A stretch of DNA of 64,000 nt, taken from NCBI GenBank assembly GCA_964016885.1, contig OZ024743.1, forward strand, positions 246,636,001 through 246,700,000, read 5' to 3'. A program made the translations under genes and the position numbers. The DNA is from Eledone cirrhosa. Taxonomy: Eukaryota. Numbering within the stretch: position 1 is the first letter of the stretch; every line of letters begins with the position of its first letter. Shown here piece after piece: positions 37,527 through 50,484 of the stretch. The notes below the pieces were generated by a model. The model searched no databases and was not told where the DNA came from. It worked only from the letters and a program-made list of their open reading frames with translations.

Positions 37527-38272
37527 TTAATCATCATGTTCACCCTGGATCTGCTCATGCATGCTTTCTTCAGACGAGGAGAAATTTTTGTGTGCGACTC
37601 CTCACTTTACCGTTTTGCCTCTGGATTGTACTTCAACACCATTATTTATCCAAGAAATTTAGCTCAATTTTGAGTCTTTCTAGCAAATCCTGACAAATTT
37701 CCAAATGGTTTGCTTTTTGCTCCACAGACAAGTGCTTGGGTACTAGTTTTGTACAATTTTTTTGCATGTACAAATGGTCTGTTAAGATTCTGTGAATTGT
37801 ATTTTTATCCAAGCCCATTTTTTCTGTAATGATCCTAACACTTAATCAGCAATCTTTTGCAATCATTGCTCAAACCACTTCCACATTTTGTTCATTTGTT
37901 GAAGAGATTGGCCTTCCAGAATGAGGTTTGTCTTTCATGGCCCTCTTTGAAAGTTTTGTGTCACTTAAAAACCTTACTTTTCGATAGAGTGGTATCTCCA
38001 TAAGCTTGAGTTAAAGAATTAAATGTTTGATGGCAGATTTGTTGAGTTTCACACAAAATTTGATCACGTACTGTTGATCGATATTTTCTTGCATGGTAAA
38101 CAAAACAATGGTTATAAACAGCAATAACTTATGACTGACTCCATTGATATGTTGGAACAAGTATGTCATGCAGTCAAGGTCATAACCAACATGCCTATAT
38201 ACATCAACGAGGTGCTGTGTTACCATGTCGTACATAGGAAAATCAGTACCCTTACACTTTGGACAAACCTCG
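37527..38272 (-). mobile_element. Decayed mariner transposon, 5' half
   Basis: Minus strand TA|CGAGGTTTGTCCAAAGTGTAAGG terminus; QQYVIKFCVKLNKSA HTH start; fragments resembling DKPHSGRP and LVPKHLS. Confidence 0.7.
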
Positions 38273-38689
38273 TACATATTGAACACTAAATTTCTGATGT
38301 ACTCTACACCAACACAGAGAATGAAAAACAGAAGGAAGATTCTAGCAAGGATTTCTCTCTCTCCCTCACACACATGCAGACACAGACACACACATATTGG
38401 TATCAGTTGGACAAAACATTTGGAGTCAGTTTTTCTCAGGGCAGATGATGCTAGCCTATACTATATTTAAGTAGGTTATATACTGCTCCTTGATGCACTG
38501 CTATGCTGTGGGATGTACTGTTTACACAGGACATAAACAAATGTTACTGTTAGTTATAAATATTGCTGATATGATGTAGTAATCTGACATGCACAATTGT
38601 ATGGAGAGAGAGAGAGCATGCATGCATGCATGCACACGCGAGAGATAGAGAGTTGGCTGAAGTAGGATTTCAACTCAAAACAGAGAATC

Positions 38690-38975
38690 AGAACACATGA
38701 GGCATTTAATTTGATAATCTAATGAAGTAACATGAAAGAGAGATTGCACTGGTATGGACACGTGATACATATGGATAATGAATGTTGGGTAAGAAGTGGC
38801 AAGAGATGCCAGTAGAGGAAGACCAAGAAAGATTGGGCAAATGTGGTGAGAATTAATCTCAAAATACTGAACTACATGGAGATGATGAAGGAACACAAGT
38901 TGAGGCAGATTGTGTTGGAGAAGAGCCACACAACGCGTATAAGCATGAAAAAATGGACGTAAGATAATGATATAA
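38690..38975 (+). mobile_element. Old RTE 3' fragment
   Basis: RLHWYGHVIHMDNECWV..RGRPRK remnants and aaatggacgt..gataatgat tail. Confidence 0.65.
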
Positions 38976-39015
38976 GTATGTATATGTACACAAATACGTG
39001 TCTGTATATATACAT

Positions 39016-39698
39016 ATGAAATACCAATGATGGTTGGAAGATCACTGATGAAGGACTAACTTTATTCATATGTAACCCATTAGCAACCACGCAGCACGTT
39101 TATTCTCATATTTACACATATTTTTTCCCCCGCTGTGACCCGTGTATTTCGTTCTTGCTGCTTCCTCTTTCTCTGTATCTTTACCCTCTCTAGCAGTCAC
39201 TCTCTGTTAGCCTCTTCCTCACCCTTCACTCACTCATTCTCTGTTACTACCTCTCCTCCTCCTTCCCGTTTGACGTGTGCGTAATTCTTTTCTTTCGCAC
39301 CCTTGGTCAGGCAGGTCGCTTTTTTTCTCTCTCTCGTCTACGATTTCACAGAACTTACGTTCACCGAATTCACAGACTAGATTCCTTCTTCCTCCCGTTA
39401 GACCTGTACGGAATTCCTTCCTTGCTCACATTCCAACCAGGTTTGATGGTCTTCATTCTCTCTCGTTCACGATTTCACCGAATTTATATTCATGGAAATT
39501 TGGGACTTGACTCCTTCTTCCTCACTTTTCGTTGCTTCACCATCTTTGTTTGTTTACACTCTCGTGTCCCCTTTATTTACGTGTCCCAACGACTTTTTTT
39601 AGCCGTTGCTCGCACCAACCGGAGGTATATGGTCTTTAAAGCGATGAAATACCAATGATGGTCGGAAGATCACTGATGAAGGACTAACTTTATTCATA
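39016..39698 (+). mobile_element. ~680-bp element bounded by 55-bp direct repeats containing a truncated hammerhead start (CTGATGAAGGAC)
   Basis: 39016-39070 equals 39644-39698 with one mismatch; pyrimidine-rich interior with an internal ~65-bp duplication; TA/CA microsatellite flanks. Confidence 0.55.
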
Positions 39699-39861
39699 CA
39701 TATATATATATATACACACACACACATATATATATATATCATCATCATCAGTTTAACGTCCATTTGATCACACCGTACCTTACTCTGATGGGACTGTAAA
39801 TTTGGCCAGGGGTTTTTACAGCTGGATGCCCTTCCTAATACCAACCACATCTACAGTGTGG

Positions 39862-40482
39862 GCCTGGATGGTACCGTTATGAGGAGGGACAGGCCAGTTG
39901 GTTGCGCTGAACCCTTCCTCACAGCAGGACCACAGTTTGGTGTAGCAACCATATTTGCAGAGTGGAACTGGATGGCACCACTATGAGGACGGACAGGTCT
40001 GTTTGCCATGCCGAACCCTTCTCATAGCAGCATCACAGTTTGGAAGCCTGGAACTGGATGGCACCACTATAAGGAGGGACAGGCCAGTTGGCTGCACCGA
40101 ACCCTTCATATAGTAGGCCCACAGTTTGGAAGCCCAGAACTGGATGGCACCGCTACGAGGAGGGACGGGCTAGTTGGCTATGCCAAACCCTTCTCACAGC
40201 GGAAGCACAGTTTAGGAGCCACGACCATGTTTACAGAGTGGAACTGGATGGCACCGCTATAAGGAGGGAACAGGTCAGTTGGCCGCAACGAACCCTTATC
40301 ACAGCGGTACCACATTTTCAGCACCTGGAACTGGATAGTACCACTATGTGAACAGGCCAGTTGGCTGAGCCGAACCCTTCTCACAGCGGGACCACTATGT
40401 GGAGGGACAGACCAGTTGGCCGCGTTGAACCTTTCCCACAGTGAGACCACATTTTGGGAACCTGGAACTGGATGGCACCGCT
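39862..40482 (-). repeat. GC-rich 85-105-bp tandem repeat (~7 units) attached to a minus-strand RTE 3' tail
   Basis: Recurring ggaactggatggcacc.ctat.aggagggacaggccagttggc...ccgaacccttctcacagc; adjoins cagctggatgcccttcctaataccaacc and (ATC)n at 39738-39860. Confidence 0.8.
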
Positions 40483-41092
40483 ATATATATATAATCATCA
40501 TCATTTAACGTCTATCTTCCATGCTAGCATGGGTTAGACGGGAATATATATGCATCATATATTATCATTTAATGTCCGATTTCACTACTAGCAAGAGTTG
40601 AACAGGTCTTCACCAACTAAGTCAGTACTCAATAGGAGCTACTGACCTCTTAAATAAGCCCTGAGCTAAATCTCAGTCTGCAGAGGGTACTGAGAGCATT
40701 TTACTGTGGATATCAATCAATCTAGCTATTTATATATAAAATAAAACATAAAAACATACAACACAAATGTTCGCTAAGCATACATGCAGAGCCTCGTCAG
40801 GTGAAAATATTTGCTCCTGGTGAGGGGCCGATATACTATATACATTCAAATAAAAGTATATAAAACTCTATATCATAGCATGTATTGCATACATTAATGA
40901 ATAGTGGCCTTCTAATGTAATTTAATCGAGAAATACATATATATAATATCTTTCTCTCCCACCCCTATATATATATATATATCACCATCATGGTTTTATA
41001 AATATAGTTTCCATTTATTTAATATCGTATATATATATATATATATATATACACAAACATGCCCACATATGCATGCGTGCACACACACACAC

Positions 41093-41131
<39 letters not shown>

Positions 41132-42417
41132 TACAGATGTAATCACCCCTAAAAATTATGGGGTTATTGTTCCAACATTCTAATAGTGCCTATAAATGCA
41201 ATAATGGGTGATCTCCCTTGAAACAACTGCTGCTGCTGCTGCTGTTGTTGTTATTGCTGTTGTTGTTGTTGCTTCCATACACTTCACTGCTGTTTACAGC
41301 CTCCTGACAACTACCTCTCCCTCCTCACCCAATCTCTTTCTCTCTCTCTCTATACATATTCAGTACTACATATTTTCAACTGGCATTTTAGCTGTGACCA
41401 TCCATGGCTTCTTTCCTGATATATTATATCCACAATTAACATCATCCAGTATATTCCATCCATTTACAAGACAGTAAGGTGGAATTAGAAGTAGTTTTGG
41501 CTGCTATTTCTAGTACGTTGAGTGACTACAGAGAGGGTTCCTCATACACAGATGAAAAGCTACATTATCAATAACCACATTAGACTATTCTGGAATGCAC
41601 ACCACTAACAAGTGCAAAGGAACAGCAACTGTCCAAGACAGACAAAGTCCACCTTAGCAGTTAAATCTACATGTGTAGATATAGACAGGAGTGAGAAGTG
41701 TGGAGTATACAAACCATTATACTGCAGGTCTGAATATAGAATTATAGAATGGGACTCAGCCAGGTGATAGTGTGGTAGTTACTATAAAGGTCAGGTGATA
41801 ACTGTAGTGGTGGGGTTGTAGTGGTGCAGTAATAGCTGTAATGGTAATGGGAGTGGCCGTAGTGGCGTGTTGGTGGCTGTAGTGATGATAGCTAAGATAG
41901 TGTAGTAGTGGCTATAGTAGTGTGGTGGTGACTACAGTGGTGTAGTAGTGGTTGTAATGTTGATGTTTATAGTAGCGATGGCTGAGGTAGGGTGGTACTG
42001 GCTGTAGTGGTGTGGTGGTGGCTGTAATGGTGTGGTAGTAGCTGTAGTAGTGGCTATTGTGGTGCAGTGGTGACTACAGTGGTATGGTAGTAGCTATAGA
42101 GGTGATGCATATAATAGTGATGGTTGTAGTAGTGTGGTTATGTCTGCAGTAGTGTGGTTGTGGCTATAGTAGTGATGGCTGTAGTAACATGGTAATGGCT
42201 ATGGTATTGATAGCTGTGTAGGTGTGATGGTATCTGCAGTGGTGTGGTAGTGGCTATAGTGGTGATGACTCTAGTAGTGGCTATAATTGTTACGTATATA
42301 TCACCCCGTACACTCAGTAAGTAATAATGCCGATGTCATGATAAAATGCACCCAGCACACTCTGGAAAGTGGTAGTGCTTGGTGTCACCATAAAATGCAT
42401 CCAGCTGAAGAAAACAT

Positions 42418-42710
42418 ACATTCTGTGACCTCCTCATTGACTGGGTCTTTATTTTGTGTCCCTCCTCTTTGTTGTGTCTCACAAAATAAAAACCCAGTCA
42501 CTGAGGAGGTCACAGAATGTGTGATGAAAGAGCTTTGACAATATATAAACAACCATCTGGTTATCAAACCAACCAACTGTAAATTTTTAATAAATTGAAG
42601 TGAAAACCAACAGGTGCATGTGTTTTTATTGACAGCATGACCCTCCAAAAGTGTAACAATATCTGTTTCAATACATGTTTTCAGATAAATCTTGCAAAAC
42701 AAATAAAAAA
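42418..42710 (+). mobile_element. Penelope-like terminal-repeat remnant with an inverted 5' partial copy
   Basis: 42418-42459 is the reverse complement of 42479-42520; contains a hammerhead; the 3' part (catgaccctcc.aaa.t.taacaatat) recurs at 18265-18356 (-) and near 57530 (+). Confidence 0.6.
42497..42539 (+). ncRNA. Minimal type-I hammerhead ribozyme motif
   Basis: gtca-CTGAGGA-G-gtcaca gaatg tgtgat-GAAA-gagc-TT-tgac: 4-bp stem I, 6-bp stem II, one extra nucleotide after the CUGANGA core. Confidence 0.65.
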
Positions 42711-42736
42711 AAAACGATATATATATATATATATAT

Positions 42737-43333
42737 GGTGGCTACCAACTCGTTTTCGAGTACGGCCACTACTTTATATCCATGTAGGAGAACCCCCACC
42801 GATGCGCTGAACGAGTGTGACTTTTTAGTCCAGCCAGCGACTTGAAAACTCTGGTACAAACAGTACACCTGTGACAATTATTGACACATAGTGCTGGGCC
42901 CATGGTACCATGTGACGACAAGTGCAGAGAGATCTCCATATATAAAGCAATGCCTGTGCAGTGAAGCTTTTATAGTGAGCAAAGGCACTGCACAAAGCCA
43001 GTCCCACTCTCTTAACCAAGATGATATTTACCAAAAAGAAGAACAAGTCAACATCATTGGATACCATCAGAGTTGCAGGTGTTATATCAGAGTTTTCCTT
43101 CTCCTAGAATTCTGGCTTGACAAAGGCTAAGGGGTCATCTCTCCCGGTGATTTTGGATGGCCATTGACTCTTAAGAGCTTTGACAGGTTTTGTTTTTAGT
43201 CCTGCAGGATGTCCAAAGTCACCCTCCACACCAAGAAGCCTTGGTGGGGTTGCCAGTTTAGTCGCCAACGACCCGATCATGGGACAGGTTGTACTGGAAT
43301 ACATGTTACAGGTAGCACCAACTGGTGACCTGA
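42737..43333 (-). mobile_element. Bipartite non-autonomous RTE derivative (5' UTR-like part + C2H2-coding 3' end), copy 1
   Basis: Minus strand ctaggagaaggaaaactctga (RTE 5'-UTR-like motif) joined within ~600 bp to CTVCTRVFKSLAGLKSHTRSAH and the 3' end gtactcgaaaacgagttggtagccacc(AT)n. Confidence 0.65.
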
Positions 43334-43436
43334 CATACATACATACATATATACACACACATACACACATACACACACACACACATACACATACATATAT
43401 ATATATATACATACATAGATATATACATACATACAT

Positions 43437-44028
43437 GGTGGCTGCCAACTCGTTTTCGAGTATGGCAACTACTTTATATCCATGTAGGAGAACCCCTACC
43501 GATGCGCTGAACGAGTGTGACTTTTTAGTCCAGCCAGCGACTTGAAAACTCTGGTACAAACACTACACTTGTGACAATTATTGACACATAGTGCTGGGCC
43601 CATGGTACCATGTGACGACAAGTGCAGAGAGATCTCCATATATAAAGCAATGCCTGTGCAGTGAAGCTTTAATAATGAGCAAAGGCACTGCACAAAGCCA
43701 GTCCCACTCTCTTAACCAAGATGATATTTACCAAAAAGAAGAACAAGTCAACATCATTGGATACCATCAGGGTTGCAGGTGTTATATCAGAGTTTTCCTT
43801 CTAGAATTCTGCCTTGACAAAGGCTAATGGGTCATCTCTCCCGGTGATTTTGGATGGCCATTGACTCTTAAGAGCTCCTTTGCCCTTTGACAGGTTTTGT
43901 TTTTAGTCCTGCAGGATGTCCAAAGTCACCCTCCTCACCAAGAAACCTTGGTGGGGTTGCCAGTTTAGTCGCCAACGACCCGACCACGAGACAGGTTGTA
44001 TTGGGATACATGTTACCAGTAGCACCAA
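43437..44028 (-). mobile_element. Bipartite non-autonomous RTE derivative, copy 2, in tandem with copy 1
   Basis: Direct repeat of 42737-43333 with scattered substitutions and small indels; separated by a (TA/CA/TACA)n tract. Confidence 0.7.
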
Positions 44029-44399
44029 TACATACATACATACATACATACATATACATATACATATATATATGCAAAAAGTAAACAAAACAAATGGCAC
44101 AGTACAATGAAGAAATATATTAGTTTAACGCTTGATATAGTAGGACATTTCGAACACTAGTCCTTCATCAGAAGATAGAATGAGAAATAAAAGATAAAAT
44201 AGAAAGATAGAGAGTGAGAAGAAGAATGAACGGGAAATATATATATATATATATTTATTTAGTGCAAGGTCAATAATGGAAAACAGTTGAGGCAGAATAT
44301 TTACAAGAAGTGTTTTCAACCGATTGGATTTTAGTTCTTCTTTAGGAAAGAAACAAATAAAGATAGGAGGGATATAAATTGAATATTAAAAAATCAATA

Positions 44400-44442
44400 T
44401 TGCACTGATGAGATTAATTAAGGTAGAAATCTATATATGCAA
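44400..44442 (+). ncRNA. Degenerate minimal hammerhead motif
   Basis: ttgca-CTGATGA-gattaattaaggta-GAAA-tctata-TA-tgcaa: perfect 5-bp stem I and core, weak stem II. Confidence 0.5.
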
Positions 44443-46548
44443 ATGAAATGTTATTATTATCTCCATTACTACAAATTAAAATACTGTTGTCCATATCAAT
44501 AGAATGGAACTCTGTCAGTTTTGACGGTAAGTGCATCAGTTGTTTGGCAAACGGGAAATTTGCTCATAAAATTAACATGTAAGTGACTGAGCATTCTTTA
44601 GACACATGTACCCTCAATGTATTTCTCAGGAAGATTCAGCATGTCAGTGTCTAATAAGGTTGGCCCTTTGATTTTCAGGTACAGTCCATCTGATGGCTTC
44701 CAAACTCAATTTCACTCACAAAGCTTGGGTTGAACCAAATACTATGATAAATGAAACTTGCTCAAGGTGCCTCATGGTGGGATCATAGCCAGGACCTAAT
44801 GAATATGAAGCAAACTTCTTAACCATTTAGCTATGCTGCGTCCTCATATAATTACTATTCTTAAGAAATAAATATGAAATATTTCCTTTTCTCCCATACA
44901 CCCCACTCATTGGAGCTCTACCAGTTCTATATTAACAACCCATAGCAGAAAATATGTACTCACTCTACCTTCACTTATCCAAGATAGCTAAACTGGTAAG
45001 AGAAACCCTCCTCCTAGGTATGTCCTTTCACATTCCTAACTCAATTATAACAACACCAGTCCAAGGCAGTGTATTGGCATAATTGTTAGAGCATCGGACG
45101 AGATGCATTGCGGCATTTGTTCTGACACTTTGTATTCAGAGTTCAAATCCTATTGCCTCCTTGGTTGTAAATTTAATCAGTTGCCCAATTTAACACCACC
45201 ACATGGTCCTCAGGTGCCTTTAGCAGAGTTCCCTTTATTGCAAATATTCGGACAATGTCTCCAGTTTGATGAATCCTTTATCCCTCCCAACATTTGTAGA
45301 GGCCCTGAAAAGGGTTATTGGCACCACCTTGGCCCCCTTTACTAAATGATTAAAAAAATAATGTTACACATTGATAGGTTACCTACTATACTATACGTAA
45401 AGAACACTGCTCACAATTCTTGAAGTCGCCTATCACCATCTGCAATAAACACTCAACCACAAACATTAGCACAACTACAATCAGATAAGCAGAAGATGTC
45501 TTGTTGCATTATGCAGCTTGCAAACTTTGCTCATCAACCAATTTGCAGCAGGATTTGAATTCAGAACATACAAAGCCAGTACAGATGCTATAAGTCATTC
45601 TATTTTCCACTCTAACAACTACAACTACACCTATTCACCATACTGGAATAGTACTTTAGTTATCAACCTTGAAAGTGCAGAGCTGGAACAAATATGCCAA
45701 AGCATTTTATCAGATGCTCTAATGACTTCATTCACCAATTCACTGCCTCAACTAGTCAGCAGTATATCATCTTTCTTTTCCCCCATATATTGATTATGTT
45801 TCACTTCTTAGCTATTATCAGTAAACACTTTGCCTACTCTTTCTTCTCTAGAATTCTATTCCCACTAATGTCCTTTTTTTATCCTGCATGCAATGAACTG
45901 GATTGAGTGAAGGTGTGTGGCCTAGCAGTGAGGGTGTCAATCTCATGATCATAAAGTTGTAGGTTAAATTTTTGGATCAGGTGGAGCATTCTATTCTTGA
46001 GCAAAAAGCTTTGATTCATGTTGTTTTTCATGACCCCCCCACCCATCATTAAAACACCCAAGAAACCTCCTATGAGATGCAATATCATAGCTGTGAGCTG
46101 TAAATTTCATTTCATATTTTAAAAAAAACTGAATTGATGAAGCATAATCCCAACTACATAACTATTACCAACCTTGCCAGTCTGGAAGAGCCTGCAAAGA
46201 CCATTAACATAGCCCTTGCTCCTCCAACTAATTAGTAAAAAAAAAACAACAAAAATCAGTAAAGCCATTCCTAACACATTTTACTGAAAAAACAAGATAG
46301 ATGAAGTTTAACGGAGCAGAAAAGGTAATGATCAATATAAGAGTTTTAAGTATGTGAAATATTTAACAACAGTTACTCTAGTTGACCCTAGCCACAATAA
46401 TGAAGGTCAGTAAACTATATATTTCAGCACTAACACAACAAGCTCCATCTCATCTTGTGATGATGTATTTGGATTGATCATCATCATCATCAGCCTCAAG
46501 TAACATTGCTGTTCTTGGAATTATTTTAGCAGATTTACAAGCAAAAAC

Positions 46549-46615
<67 letters not shown>

Positions 46616-48179
46616 CAGAACTATACTGGTAGATACACACAGACACATGAGAGAGATAATGATCAGAAATATATTGAAGATATACACACACTAACATATA
46701 TATATATATATATAGGAGGAGAGAGAGAGGAGAGATAATTATCAGAAATATAGTGAAGATGTACATACACAAACATATATGTGAGAGGGAGAGAGAGATG
46801 GGGAAAGGAAAGGCAGGAGGGAAGGATAGATAATTATCAGAAATATACTGGGTAAATGTAGATATGCTGCAGTCATTGGGCTCCATAGCTTTGGTAAGGA
46901 TGTAAAGAAAAGCTTAATATTCCAAGAATGTTTGCCAATCTACTTTAAATTGCTAATGATATTGCCTTCTAATCAGTCGAGTGAAACGGAAGTAAAGTAA
47001 GATGCATTCCTAATGTGGAACCATAGGAATAGCTGGCAGAAATTAGATAAGAGAAATGGTATTTTAAAAGTCAATTGAATAATGAAGTATTACAGATGAA
47101 TAACTTGCTATCACATATTCAGTGGAAACATTGTCATGATCATTTAACCCTTTTGTTACCATATTTATAATGAAAGTCACTATCTATAATTTTCAAATTG
47201 TTTTGAAAATAATCAAAAATTTGGAGGGTTTTAGTATATAACTAACTTTCTCATTATTAACACTTTCATTACCATATTTCTAATAAAAGTGACTACCTAT
47301 AATTTTCAAATTATTTTGAAAATAATCAAGAATTTGGAGGGCTTTAGTATATAACTAACTTTTTCATTATTAACCCTTTTGTCACTATATTTTTTTAATG
47401 ATATACTTTGTATTTTAATTAATTTATGAAGAATCTGGGAGGTATTTACTAAAATTACAATTTCATTCAGCTAGTATTTGTAACAACAAAATGTTTTTAT
47501 GTAAAATTATGTTGGCATGGTTTAATTGAAGTATGGACTCTTTAAAATGAGTTGTTTTGTTTATTCAAAAGAGTCAAGCTGGTGTTTGGAGCATAACTTA
47601 ATAAAGGTTCCTGCACAAAATTATAATGCTATTTTTTTTTTTTTTTAGATAAATAACAATATGTCAAAATAAACAGTTATTTATTGTAGAACCAAGGGTG
47701 GTGTCAGACAGTTTGGTATCAAAATGGCTAATGTTTGTTTTTGCATGCTGGCATGGGTTGGACAGGTTATCACAAAGCAACCCAGAACTTAATTGGAGCC
47801 ACTGTGTAATTCTGGCTTGAGACAGGGAAATACCAAAAAATGACACTGGTGCTCAGAGTGTTAAGTGCAAGGTTTGCAGGGAAATAGGATTGAGAATGAC
47901 AAGAGGTCAGGTAAGAGGGCTATGTGGATTTAGGTAAAAGAGACACAAATTTCAATACATCATACATATATAGCCCTGCATGGAACTGACTACACATTGT
48001 ATCTATTTAATAATTAATTAACTTATAAAGACTGGATCCAGAAAAGACTAATTAGCAAAATTTCTAAATTTTGGTTCATTACATAGCTGTGTTCTTCCAC
48101 TGCATATTCTACCATCTTTATAACAACCACTGTATAAGCTGGTAAGTTTCATTTGAAAAAAAAAAAATCTCTTCTATTC

Positions 48180-48482
48180 TCCTTATGCATCACATGCCCA
48201 TACCAATGCAATCATCTCTCTTATATGCTGCTTTCTTCTTATACTCAACTTTTCTCTCAGTTCAATTGTGATCTGTCATTCATATACACTATCATTATAC
48301 ATCCAGCAAAGCATGCATGCCTCATTTCTTTTTAGCTACTGTAAATCTTTTGCACTTAAGGTTCATGTCTTGCTGCCATGCAGCATTGCAGTTTGAACAC
48401 ACATCATATAATCGGCTCTTCACTCTGAGAGAGAAGTCCGTTATTGCCAGCAGAAATAATAACTCCCTAAATTTCTTCTACC
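48180..48482 (-). mobile_element. Old RTE fragment
   Basis: Reverse complement encodes KKFRELL.LLA...FSLRVKSRLYD.C..TAMLHGSKT...MLCWM...RLHWYGHVM. Confidence 0.7.
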
Positions 48483-50484
48483 TTTTTTCTTATTATAAAG
48501 AAAAATAACACATCATAGCATGGAAAAATGGACGTATTATAATAATGATGGGCCCAGAATGATGACAGTGATGATGAAAACATGATTTTTTCTTAATGCA
48601 ACTTTTGGCTTTGAATCTTATCTGAAATTGCTTGGATGTGGCTTCTATTTTAATTAAGGAAAGAAAAAATATTGTGGAAGACCTATGAGCTGTATGTGGC
48701 TCCAGACCTCTACTCTAGACATTTCTCTCAGCAATTCTTACTTTCTAGAGAAGCATCTTTCTGCAACTAGCTTGCATCTTTTCCCAGTCATCATTAACTT
48801 TTGTCTCAACAAACACACACTGTTTTATCATGCTGCCATTCTCTCCAGGAAAGTCTACACAGTCTATAACTACTACTTTTTCTTCTTTCACTGAGGAATG
48901 AGAATATGAAATATCATGTCAGCAGCTAACAAAGTTGTCTAGCTGAATAATTCATTTGACCTTCATGTTTTCACCTTTGTGTTGTCAAATATAATATTAG
49001 TTGCTGGCTAATGGAATCAAGAAAAAAAAACTAGGTTTATTGAATAGCTGGAAATATTGTGAAGTCAGAGAATATCATGTCCATCTAATGACACAAAAAT
49101 GTGTTCTGTTCCTACAATATATCTTTTAAGTTAGTGAACAGCCATAGAAAACTTGCCAAACAAAGGGTTGAGAAGGCTCGTTAATTGTGTAAAGGACATG
49201 ACAACCTCACTAGTGTTGGTGCCATAATAAAATGCATCCAATACATTCTGTAAAGAGGTTGGTGATAAGAAGGGCATCCAGCTGTTGACAATTTGTTAAA
49301 CAAAGGGCTGATAAGCATTTTCAGTTGTGTCAAAGACATGATAATCTCCAGTGTTGGTGTCACAAAAAATTCACCCAACACATTCTGTAAAGTGGCTGGT
49401 GATAGGAAGAGCATCCAAATAAAAGGTTGAGATGATTCTTCAGTTATATCAAAATCATGACAGAGTAGAGAAAAATGACATGTTATGCCAACACATTACA
49501 CGATGTCTTAATGATATAAAGAAGAGGAAGATGTCAAGTATAAAATCTTTATTACAATATTTTAATCAACAACTTCTCAGTCATCTTGTTCAAGAGAAGA
49601 ACAATTGTTTAGATATATTTTTTTCAAATATTTTATGGCAGCAATTTCACAATTGAGCTGTATTATACATTGTCAATTCTGATGAATATAACTAATTATT
49701 CACCCAGTTTTCTACAATAGCTTTGTCACAGAAAGTAACATTTAACTTCAAACTACATGACCAATACACAATAACACAATGACATAGGGGGAAATAATAA
49801 AATTTATAGATAACTAAATCATGGCTGTTGTTAAATATGTTAGACTGAGTAAAAGAGAGAAAACAAAAAAACCTGCCCCTACTAAAGGTGAAGTGGTAAT
49901 TAACATTATATTCAGCAAGTATGTAAACTGAATGAAACAACCATAACATTTTTAAGGCAAGTGCTTTGTTCCACCATTAGACAGATCTATTCTTGTTCAT
50001 GTAATGGCATATATATATATCATCATCATCATTTTACGTCCGTTTTTCCCTGCTTTATACATAAAACGGTTAAGTTTCGTTTATATTTTTATGGATTATC
50101 GACCAGTTACGTGTTTCACAGCTGATTGAGCCAATCATTTGTGAAACATATGTAACAGGTCGATAACCAATAAAATCATATAAACGAATCTTCATCATAC
50201 TGTTCTTAATATATACACTCTCCCTATGCATCGAGTGCTCAAATTATTATCTAAAACATCACAATCCAGAAGAGTGGGAATAACATTTATTGCATAACGC
50301 TGACACGTGTTTCATTGATGTATAACATATCAGTCTAGGACCGCTAATATTTGACTATTTCAATCAAATAAAATTGAACTGTTACGTATGTTTCACAGCT
50401 GATTCAGCCTACTTAAAAAATCATAAAAAGCAAATTTTCAAAGTGGAATCAGTTTTTATGGAGAAATATTAGCTTGATATATAT

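Noticed and set aside
41790-42290. Distinct element in a GTAGTG-rich tract
   Set aside because: Degenerate low-complexity repeat with no further structure
43496-43693. Host C2H2 zinc-finger gene
   Set aside because: Single finger inside a duplicated retroelement end with a microsatellite tail; no linker array
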